64,000 bases of DNA, taken from assembly GCF_009914755.1 (NCBI RefSeq), contig NC_060943.1, one strand, 5' to 3'. This document shows positions 1 through 9,400 of this stretch, one piece after another. Every line of letters starts with the position of its first letter. The first letter of the stretch is position 1. The notes below the pieces were generated by a model, which saw only the letters and a program-made list of their open reading frames with translations, searched no databases and was not told where the DNA came from. Origin of the DNA: the human T2T-CHM13v2.0 reference genome, Homo sapiens. The position numbers were made by a program, and so were the translations under genes.

Positions 1-1004
1 GCGGCGGGTGGGAAGAGGACTGCCAGAGGGGCCTGCGGGAGACCCAGGGTCGGACCCATAGGAGTCCTGTGGTGAGGACCTCCTTGATCGCTCTTCTGCT
101 TCGGTTCCCGCGAAAGGAGGAGCTTCGGGATGCCGGCTGGGCTGCGCGGACTCCTCTTGGGGTCCGATGATGTATCCAACCGGGTGATCGGGAATGGGGT
201 TCCAATGCAGTGAGGCCGAAACGGTCTCGCCGGGGCACAGAAAGATCCCCAGGGCCGCAAGGCGTGCTGTCGGCTGCAAAGGCACCGACCCATGAGCCCA
301 CTGCCTCCCTCCCTCCTGGCAGGAGCAGGGGCCTGCCTTCATCTCCAAGGCCCGAGGGCTCCGGCATCCCGACGCGGCTTCCGGCGACACGGGCAAAGAG
401 AGACAGAGGCGAGTCCGAGCTGGTGCCAGTGTGTCCACATGTGGCACTGTCGTCCCCCAAGAGCACATGCAGGCAGCGTGTGTCTTTGAGACCGTAGGGG
501 GCGACGACGAGACGGACAGTGATGTCCAGGCGTGCGCCCGGGGGGCCACTGGAGACCTGCCCCACAAAGCGGAGGAAAAGCCAAGCGCACCTGAAAACCT
601 GCGAGACAGGGCCTGTGCGCGAGTCCACGCCACGTTCAGGGAGGCCCGCCAGAGGAGCCGAGAGGTTTGGACAAAGTACACCCCACCCCCAGCCCGCCGC
701 CGGCTAGGTACCCCTGACGCAACCTCCCCTGCACCCAGCCAAAACCCAGTCCCGTTGGCTCCCTGACATCCGTGGCAGCCAAAAGATTCGGTGCTAGAAG
801 GCACTTTCCCCAGGAGCGGAGGAACCGGTTGGCCCTCAAGAATCAGAGAGGAAGTGCAGGTGGGATGCAACACCGCCTTTCCTAGAAGGCCAATGTCAGG
901 AGCGGTGGGCTTGCCTCCGCCTCTTCCTGGACCGAGCGTGCAGCCATCACTTGGGCCATGGAGACCGAGAGAGCTTCCCTGTCCCACACAGGTATGGAAG
1001 CCCA

Positions 1005-1010
1005 GAGCTC
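1005..1010. other. SstI/SacI site GAGCTC, one per monomer (family-defining site)
   Basis: Seen: CCCAGAGCTCCA in each complete unit; no second GAGCTC was noticed in the monomer. Confidence 0.85.
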
Positions 1011-1504
1011 CAGGATCACCACAGCTGCCCAATCATCCAGAAAGAGGTGTGGAGAGGGAAACAATCATGACGCGGACCGCCACGAGGTTTCTCCCTGATG
1101 GACGGGGAAGTCTTGTTTGTGGAAGACACTGAGCCACGCTAAGAAGCCGCCAGGCTTCTCAGAGACGGGGCAGACACAGCAAGAGGGAGGTCAGAGCAGA
1201 GGCCAGAGCCCAGGCAGGATACGGGGGGGCCATGCCACCACCACCGGCATCCGGGGAGGACTGTCAAACGGGTGACTCGGCCAGGAAGGCCAGCCTTTGA
1301 GAGACAGACATGCTTGCCCCATCCCCTTGCCGGCTTCCTTCTCCATCCCTGCGTCGAGCTGTGGCTACATTTCTCGATGAGGGCAGAGGGCGACAGGCGT
1401 GACAACCACCTTCTTGAAGCTCTGCGGGCACCCTCCTGCAGGTGGACAATGAGCGCCTGGGAGGCCGTTGTCCTTGGTTGGGGAGCGCTCGTCTGGATCC
1501 AGCC

Positions 1505-1561
1505 TAGCAAAGAGGCTGCTCCGGATGGGGAGGGGATGAAAACCCCTGCGGGTTCGACGCC
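1505..1561 (+). promoter_or_regulatory. Candidate Pol III type-2 internal promoter: A-box TAGCAAAGAGG (1505-1515) and B-box GGTTCGACGCC (1551-1561); repeated per unit
   Basis: Seen: the B-box matches GGTTCGANNCC exactly, the A-box matches TRGYNNANNNG, and start-to-start spacing is 46 nt (tRNA genes ~44-46). Function is inferred only. Confidence 0.35.
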
Positions 1562-1744
1562 GATGCCCACGTTGCCCAGGCCTTCACAGACCCCCAAACT
1601 GGAACTGCCGGGACGACGACTGCCAACCGGCCACACGACCCAGGCAGAGACGCGGGGAGAGGCTGACCAGAAGAAAGGCCGACGTGCAAGAAACCCACCC
1701 TCCGGCGCACAGGGCCCATGTGTCCCAAGGCGCACGCACACACA

Positions 1745-1789
1745 GACGGACAGAGACAGAAAGAGAGGGCGACCGAAAGAGCGAGAAGG

Positions 1790-1821
<32 letters not shown>

Positions 1822-1826
1822 CAGAA
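1745..1826 (+). repeat. Compound purine-rich (GA)n/(GACA) microsatellite, one per monomer and length-variable
   Basis: Seen: e.g. 1788-1821 in U1 and ~9355-9418 in U4. Most of the unit length variation comes from this tract. Confidence 0.95.
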
Positions 1827-1846
1827 GTCGGCACACAGACACGCAC

Positions 1847-1926
1847 TGCGCGCGCACACACACAGACACACACACAGACGCATGCCCCCAACACACACAC
1901 ACACACACCCATAACGAACACACACG
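1847..1926 (+). repeat. (CG)n(CA)n compound microsatellite / alternating purine-pyrimidine tract, one per monomer
   Basis: Seen: TGCGCGCGCACACACACA at 1847-1864, followed by further interrupted (CA)n runs. Confidence 0.93.
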
Positions 1927-2060
1927 TACAGCAGGGAACACCCACCCGCAGGCAGCCCCTGAAGCTGCCGGGTTCTGCTCTCCGCGACTAAGAGCCACCG
2001 GTGAGAGAGCAGCCCACGGGCACACAGGCGGACCTGTGCTCGTCATCACAAGGGCTCCAC

Positions 2061-2064
2061 TTTT
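2061..2064 (+). terminator. Possible Pol III terminator TTTT (CCACTTTTGGGG), the first T4 downstream of the A/B-box pair
   Basis: Seen: no T4 on the + strand between 1505 and 2060, and this T4 is present in all units. It is only meaningful if the A/B boxes are functional. Confidence 0.25.
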
Positions 2065-2349
2065 GGGGAGACTCACCCGCACACCGTCCGCGCACGCCTG
2101 AGGCTGGGATGCCGCGCTGCCTCGCCGGCGATCTGTCTGAGTTTTCTTCCTCCTGGGGTTTCTTCCTGCTGGTGGACCCTCCGCGAATCCCGGCCTCCGG
2201 AGACCGTCCTGGTAAATGCCCTGGCCAGGACTGGTCTCAGCCCAGACTCAGACGCACGATCACACAGGGCTCCTACTTCGCCAAGTGTCAGGGACCCATC
2301 CCCGGGCAACGGTGGCTTTCACTGTGACCCAAGCGGCGGCTTGGGCCTC

Positions 2350-2360
2350 GCGCATGCGCA
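2350..2360. promoter_or_regulatory. NRF1 consensus site GCGCATGCGCA, nested in an 8 bp inverted repeat (GGCCTCGC 2344-2351 / GCGAGGCC 2364-2371); repeated per unit
   Basis: Seen: a perfect palindromic core GCGCATGCGC. Established: this is the NRF1 motif, and NRF1 binding is blocked by CpG methylation. Confidence 0.6.
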
Positions 2361-2421
2361 CTGGCGAGGCCGACTCCCCCGCTCCACCCCCCCTTACTCC
2401 GCAGAGTCAGGCTGCGGACCC

Positions 2422-2437
2422 TTTAAAAAATGGCGGC
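2422..2437 (+). promoter_or_regulatory. TTTAAAAA AT-run overlapping a YY1-type motif AAAATGGCGGC that contains a strong-Kozak ATG; repeated per unit
   Basis: Seen: CTTTAAAAAATGGCGGCGAC, the main AT-rich island of the monomer. Established: the YY1 consensus AANATGGCG often overlaps start codons at CpG-island promoters. Confidence 0.55.
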
Positions 2438-2570
2438 GACGCGGCGGCTGCGGGGCCTGGGGCGGCGGTGCTGGAGGTTGCGGCGGCGGCGGTGGCGGCG
2501 CAGCCCGAGGCGGCGGGTGGGAAGAGGACTGCCAGAGGGGCCTGCGGGAGACCCAGGGTCGGACCCATAG
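2430..2570 (+). CDS. Hypothetical 46-aa Arg-rich micropeptide MAATRRLRGLGRRCWRLRRRRWRRSPRRRVGRGLPEGPAGDPGSDP (25 copies; below the ORF-track cutoff)
   Basis: Translated by hand: true ATG with A at -3 and G at +4, TAG at 2568-2570, and the frame is open in every copy. There is no evidence of translation. Confidence 0.15.
   Translation: MAATRRLRGLGRRCWRLRRRRWRRSPRRRVGRGLPEGPAGDPGSDP
2432..2516 (+). repeat. Imperfect (CGG/GGC)n triplet tract, one per monomer
   Basis: Seen: GGCGGCGACGCGGCGGCTG...GCGGCGGCGGCGGTGGCGGCG; 6 bp shorter at ~60550 and ~63070. Confidence 0.85.
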
Positions 2571-4298
2571 GAGTCCTGTGGTGAGGACCTCCTTGATCGC
2601 TCTTCTGCTTCGGTTCCCGCGAAAGGAGGAGCTTCGGGATGCCGGCTGGGCTGCGCGGACTCCTCTTGGGGTCCGATGATGGATCCAACCGGGTGATCGG
2701 GAATGGGGTTCCAATGCAGTGAGGCCGAAAGGGTCTCGCCGGGGCACAGAAAGATCCCCAGGGCCGCAAGGCGTGCTGTCGGCTGCAAAGGCACCGACCC
2801 ATGAGCCCACTGCCTCCCTCCCTCCTGGCAGGAGCAGGGGCCTGCCTTCATCTCCAAGGCCCGAGGGCTCCGGCATCCCGACGCGGCTTCCGGCGACACG
2901 GGCAAAGAGAGACAGAGGCGAGTCCGAGCTGGTGCCAGTGTGTCCACATATGGCACTGTCGTCCCCCAAGAGCACATGCAGGCAGCGTGTGTCTTTGAGG
3001 CCGTAGGGGGCGACGACGAGACGGACAGTGATGTCCAGGCGTGCGCCCGGGGGGCCACTGGAGACCTGCCCCACAAAGCGGAGGAAAAGCCAAGCGCACC
3101 TGAAAACCTGCGAGACAGGGCCTGTGCGCGAGTCCACGCCACGTTCAGGGAGGCCCGCCAGAGGAGCCGAGAGGTTTGGACAAAGTACACCCCACCCCCA
3201 GCCCGCCGCCGGCTAGGTACCCCTGACGCAACCTCCCCTGCACCCAGCCAAAACCCAGTCCCGTTGGCTCCCTGACATCCGTGGCAGCCAAAAGATTCGG
3301 TGCTAGAAGGCACTTTCCCCAGGAGCGGAGGAACCGGTTGGCCCTCAAGAATCAGAGAGGAAGTGCAGGTGGGATGCAACACCGCCTTTCCTAGAAGGCC
3401 AATGTCAGGAGCGGTGGGCTTGCCTCCGCCTCTTCCTGGACCGAGCGTGCAGCCATCACTTGGGCCATGGAGACCGAGAGAGCTTCCCTGTCCCACACAG
3501 GTATGGAAGCCCAGAGCTCCAGGATCACCACAGCTGCCCATTCATCCAGAAAGAGGTGTGGAGAGGGAAACAATCATGACGCGGACCGCCACGAGGTTTC
3601 TCCCTGATGGACGGGGAAGTCTTCTTTGTGGAAGACACTGAGCCACGCTAAGAAGCCGCCAGGCTTCTCAGAGACGGGGCAGACACAGCAAGAGGGAGGT
3701 CAGAGCAGAGGCCAGAGCCCAGGCAGGATACGGGGGGGCCATGCCACCACCACCGGCATCCGGGGAGGAGTGTCAAACGGGTGACTCGGCCAGGAAGGCC
3801 AGCCTTTGAGAGACAGACATGCTTGCCCCATCCCCTTGCCGGCTTCCTTCTCCGTCCCTGCGTCGAGCTGTGGCTACATTTCTCGATGAGGGCAGAGGGC
3901 GACAGGCGTGACAACCACCTTCTTGAAGCTCTGCGGGCACCCTCCTGCAGGTGGACAATGAGCGCCTGGGAGGCCGTTGTCCTTGGTTGGGGAGCGCTCG
4001 TCTGGATCCAGCCTAGCAAAGAGGCTGCTCCGGATGGGGAGGGGATGAAAACCCCTGCGGGTTCGACGCCGATGCCCACGTTGCCCAGGCCTTCACAGAC
4101 CCCCAAACTGGAACTGCCGGGACGACGACTGCCAACCGGCCACACGACCCAGGCAGAGACGCGGGGAGAGGCTGACCAGAAGAAAGGCCGACGTGCAAGA
4201 AACCCACCCTCCGGCGCACAGGGCACATGTGTCCCAAGGCGCACGCACACACAGACGGACAGAGACAGACAGAGAGGGCGACGGAAACAGCGAGAAGG

Positions 4299-4332
<34 letters not shown>

Positions 4333-6821
4333 GACGTGAGAGAGAGACAGAAGTCGGCACACAGACACGCACTGCGCGCGCACACACACAGACACACACA
4401 CAGACGCACCCCCCCAACACACACACACACACACCCATAACGAACACACACGTACAGCAGGGAACACCCACCCGCAGGCAGCCCCTGAAGCTGCCGGGTT
4501 CTGCTCTCCGCGACTAAGAGCCACCGGTGAGAGAGCAGCCCACGGGCACACAGGCGGACCTGTGCTCGTCATCACAAGGGCTCCACTTTTGGGGAGACTC
4601 ACCCGCACACCGTCCGCGCACGCCTGAGGCTGGGATGCCGCGCTGCCTCGCCGGCGATCTGTCTGAGTTTTCTTCCTCCTGGGGTTTCTTCCTGCTGGTG
4701 GACCCTCCGCGAATCCCGGCCTCCGGAGACCGTCCTGGTAACTGCCCTGGCCAGGACTGGTCTCAGCCCAGACTCAGACGCACGATCACACAGGGCTCCT
4801 ACTTCGCCAAGTGTCAGGGACCCATCCCCGGGCAACGGTGGCTTTCACTGTGACCCAAGCGGCGGCTTGGGCCTCGCGCATGCGCACTGGCGAGGCCGAC
4901 TCCCCCGCTCCACCCCCCCTTAATCCGCAGAGTCAGGCTGCGGACCCTTTAAAAAATGGCGGCGACGCGGCGGCTGCGGGGCCTGGGGCGGCGGTGCTGG
5001 AGGTGGCGGCGGCGGCGGTGGCGGCGCAGCCCGAGGCGGCGGGTGGGAAGAGGACTGCCAGAGGGGCCTGCGGGAGACCCAGGGTCGGACCCATAGGAGT
5101 CCTGTGGTGAGGACCTCCTTGATCGCTCTTCTGCTTCGGTTCCCGCTGAAGGAGGAGCTTCGAGATGCCGGCTGGGCTGCGCGGACTCCTCTTGGGGTCC
5201 GATGATGGATCCAACCGGGTAATCGGGAATGGGGTTCCAATGCAGTGAGGCCGAAAGGGTCTCGCCGGGGCACAGAAAGATCCCCAGGGCCGCAAGACGT
5301 GCTGTCGGCTGCAAAGGCACCGACCCATGAGCCCACTGCCTCCCTCCCTCCTGGCAGGAGCAGGGGCCTGCCTTCATCTCCAAGGCCCGAGGGCTCCGGC
5401 ATCCCGACGCGGCTTCCGGCGACACGGGCAAAGAGAGACAGAGGCGAGTCCGAGCTGGTGCCAGCGTGTCGACATGTGGCACTGTCGTCCCCCAAGAGCA
5501 CATGCAGGCAGCGTGTGTCTTTGAGGCCGTAGGGGGCGATGACGAGACGGACAGTGATGTCCAGGCGTGCGCCCGGGGGGCCACTGGAGACCTGCCCCAG
5601 AAAGCGGAGGAAAAGCCAAGCGCACCTGAAAACCTGCGAGACAGGGCCTGTGCGCGAGTCCACGCCACGTTCAGGGAGGCCCGCCAGAGGAGCCGAGAGG
5701 TTTGGACAAAGTACACCCCACCCCCAGCCCGCCGCGGGCTAGGTACCCCTGACGCAAACTCCCCTGCACCCAGCCAAAACCCAGTCCCGTTGGCTCCCTG
5801 ACATCCGTGGCAGCCAAAAGATTCGGTGCTAGAAGGCACTTTCCCCAGGAGCGGAGGAACCGGTTGGCCCTCAAGAATCAGAGAGGAAGTGCAGGTGGGA
5901 TGCAACACCGCCTTTCCTAGAAGGCCAATGTCAGGAGCGGTGGGCTTGCCTCCGCCTCTTCCTGGACCGAGCGTGCAGCCATCACTTGGGCCATGGAGAC
6001 CGAGAGAGCTTCCCTGTCCCACACAGGTATGGAAGCCCAGAGCTCCAGGATCACCACAGCTGCCCAGTCATCCAGAAAGAGGTGTGGAGAGGGAAACAAT
6101 CATGACGCGGACCGCCACGAGGTTTCTCCCTGATGGACGGGGAAGTCTTCTTTGTGGAAGACACTGAGCCACGCTAAGAAGCCGCCAGGCTTCTCAGAGA
6201 CGGGGCAGACACAGCAAGAGGGAGGTCAGAGCAGAGGCCAGAGCCCAGGCAGGATACGGGGGGGCCATGCCACCACCACCGGCATCCGGGGAGGAGTGTC
6301 AAACGGGTGACTCGGCCAGGAAGGCCAGCCTTTGAGAGACAGACATGCTTGCCCCATCCCCTTGCCGGCTTCCTTCTCCGTCCCTGCGTCGAGCTGTGGC
6401 TACATTTCTCGATGAGGGCAGAGGGCGACAGGCGTGACAACCACCTTCTTGAAGCTCTGCGGGCACCCTCCTGCGGGTGGACAATGAGCGCCTGGGAGGC
6501 CGTTGTCCTTGGTTGGGGAGTGCTCGTCTGGATCCAGCCTAGCAAAGAGGCTGCTCCGGATGGGGAGGGGATGAAAACCCCTGCGGGTTCGACGCCGATG
6601 CCCACGTTGCCCAGGCCTTCACAGACCCCCAAACTGGAACTGCCGGGACGACGACTGCCAACCGGCCACACGACCCAGGCAGAGACGCGGGGAGAGGCTG
6701 ACCAGAAGAAAGGCCGACGTGCAAGAAACCCACCCTCCGGCGCACAGGGCACATGTGTCCCAAGGCGCACGCACACACAGACGGACAGAGACAGAAAGAG
6801 AGGGCGACGGAAACAGCGAGA

Positions 6822-6864
<43 letters not shown>

Positions 6865-9351
6865 GACGTGAGAGAGAGACAGAAGTCGGCACACAGACAC
6901 GCACTGCGCGCGCACACACACAGACACACACACAGACGCACCCCCCCAACACACACACACACACCCATAACGAACACACACGTACAGCAGGGAACACCCA
7001 CCCGCAGGCAGCCCCTGAAGGTGCCGGGTTCTGCTCTCCGAGACTAAGAGCCACCGGTGAGAGAGCAGCCCACGGGCACACAGGCGGACCTGTGCTCGTC
7101 ATCACAAGGGCTCCACTTTTGGGGAGACTCACCCGCACACCGTCCGCGCACGCCTCAGGCTGGGATGCCGCGCTGCCTCGCCGGCGATCTGTCTGAGTTT
7201 TCTTCCTCCTGGGGTTTCTTCGTGCTGGTGGACCCTCCGCGAATCCCGGCCTCCGGAGACCGTCCTGGTAAATGCCCTGACCAGGACTGGTCTCAGCCCA
7301 GACTCAGACGCACGATCACACAGGGCTCCTACTTCGCCAAGTGTCAGGGACCCATCCCCGGGCAACGGTGGCTTTCACTGTGACCCAAGCGGCGGCTTGG
7401 GCCTCGCGCATGCGCACTGGCGAGGCCGACTCCCCCGCTCCACCCCCCCTTACTCCGCAGAGTCAGGCTGCGGACCCTTTAAAAAATGGCGGCGACGCGG
7501 CGGCTGCGGGGCCTGCGGCGGCGGTGCTGGAGGTTGCGGCGGCGGCGGTGGCGGCGCAGCCCGAGGCGGCGGGTGGGAAGAGGACTGCCAGAGGGGCCTG
7601 CGGGAGACCCAGGGTCGGACCCATAGGAGTCCTGTGGTGAGGACCTCCTTGATCGCTCTTCTGCTTCGGTTCCCGCTGAAGGAGGAGCTTCGAGATGCCG
7701 GCTGGGCTGCGCGGACTCCTCTTGGGGTCCGATGATGGATCCAACCGGGTAATCGGGAATGGGGTTCCAATGCAGTGAGGCCGAAAGGGTCTCGCCGGGG
7801 CACAGAAAGATCCCCAGGGCCGCAAGGCGTGCTGTCGGCTGCAAAGGGACCGACCCATGAGCCCACTGCCTCCCTCCCTCCTGGCAGGAGCAGGGGCCTT
7901 CCTTCATCTCCAAGGCCCGAGGGCTCCGGCATCCCGACGCGGCTTCCGGCGACACGGGCAAAGAGAGACAGAGGCGAGTCCGAGCTGGAGCCAGCGTGTC
8001 CACATGTGGCACTGTCGTCCCCCAAGAGCACATGCAGGCAGCGTGTGTCTTTGAGGCCGTAGGGGGCGACGACGAGACGGACAGTGATGTCCAGGCGTGC
8101 GCCCGGGGGGCCACTGGAGACCTGCCCCACAAAGCGGAGGAAAAGCCAAGCGCACCTGAAAACCTGCGAGACAGGGCCTGTGCGCGAGTCCACGCCACGT
8201 TCAGGGAGGCCCGCCAGAGGAGCCGAGAGGTTTGGACAAAGTACACCCCACCCCCAGCCCGCCGCCGGCTAGGTACCCCTGACGCAACCTCCCCTGCACC
8301 CAGCCAAAACCCAGTCCCGTTGGCTCCCTGACATCCGTGGCAGCCAAAAGATTCGGTGCTAGAAGGCACTTTCCCCAGGAGCGGAGGAACCGGTTGGCCC
8401 TCAAGAATCAGAGAGGAAGTGCAGGTGGGATGCAACACCGCCTTTCCTAGAAGGCCAATGTCAGGAGCGGTGGGCTTGCCTCCGCCTCTTCCTGGACCGA
8501 GCGTGCAGCCATCACTTGGGCCATGGAGACCGAGAGAGCTTCCCTGTCCCACACAGGTATGGAAGCCCAGAGCTCCAGGATCACCACAGCTGCCCAATCA
8601 TCCAGAAAGAGGTGTGGAGAGGGAAACAATCATGACGCGGACCGCCACGAGGTTTCTCCCTGATGGACGGGGAAGTCTTGTTTGTGGAAGACACTGAGCC
8701 ACGCTAAGAAGCCGCCAGGCTTCTCAGAGACGGGGCAGACACAGCAAGAGGGAGGTCAGAGCAGAGGCCAGAGCCCAGGCAGGATACGGGGGGGCCATGC
8801 CACCACCACCGGCATCCGGGGAGGAGTGTCAAACGGGTGACTCGGCCAGGAAGGCCAGCCTTTGAGAGACAGACATGCTTGCCCCATCCCCTTGCCGGCT
8901 TCCTTCTCCGTCCCTGCGTCGAGCTGTGGCTACATTTCTCGATGAGGGCAGAGGGCGACAGGCGTGACAACCACCTTCTTGAAGCTCTGCGGGCACCCTC
9001 CTGCGGGTGGACAATGAGCGTCTGGGAGGCCGTTGTCTTTGGTTGGGGAGCGCTCGTCTGGATCCAGCCTAGCAAAGAGGCTGCTCCGGATGGGGAGGGG
9101 ATGAAAACCCCTGCGGGTTCGACGCCGATGCCCACGTTGCGCAGGCCTTCACAGACCCCCAAACTGGAACTGCCGGGACGACGACTGCCAACCGGCCACA
9201 CGACCCAGGCAGAGACGCGGGGAGAGGCTGACCAGAAGAAAGGCCGACGTGCAAGAAACCCACCCTCCGGCGCACAGGGCACATGTGTCCCAAGGCGCAC
9301 GCACACACAGATGGACAGAGACAGACAGAGAGGGCGACGGAAACAGCGAGA

Positions 9352-9400
<49 letters not shown>

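Larger units (their letters stand above)
1..2509. repeat. Monomer U1 (2509 bp), the shortest unit; used as the coordinate reference
   Basis: Seen: the next anchor is at 2510. U1 lacks the GACGTG interruption that all other units carry in the GA tract. Confidence 0.95.

Noticed and set aside
304-317. PRDM9 13-mer CCNCCNTNNCCNC
   Set aside because: Only one-mismatch hits were seen (CCTCCCTCCCTCC), as expected by chance in C-rich DNA; a PWM scan would be needed.
681-736. Minus-strand G-quadruplex from clustered C-runs
   Set aside because: It requires a long loop and is unremarkable at this GC content.
431-1132. 111 aa and 113 aa plus-strand ORFs conserved in most units
   Set aside because: GTG starts and no family resemblance; conservation merely reflects the near-identity of the units.
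1498-1575. Bona fide tRNA gene
   Set aside because: No acceptor stem, a broken T stem, no variable loop and no nearby terminator; kept only as a promoter-like or relic finding.
1139-2101. ORFs with RERERE, HTHTHT, CVCVCV and SLSLSL runs
   Set aside because: These are translations of (GA)n/(CA)n microsatellites; the frames shift from unit to unit.
2423-3541. 372 aa and 247 aa minus-strand ORFs repeated in each unit
   Set aside because: Non-ATG starts, low-complexity Pro/Arg/Gly/Ser content, no recognisable domain, overlapping open frames typical of high GC, and frameshifted in U16, U18 and U21.
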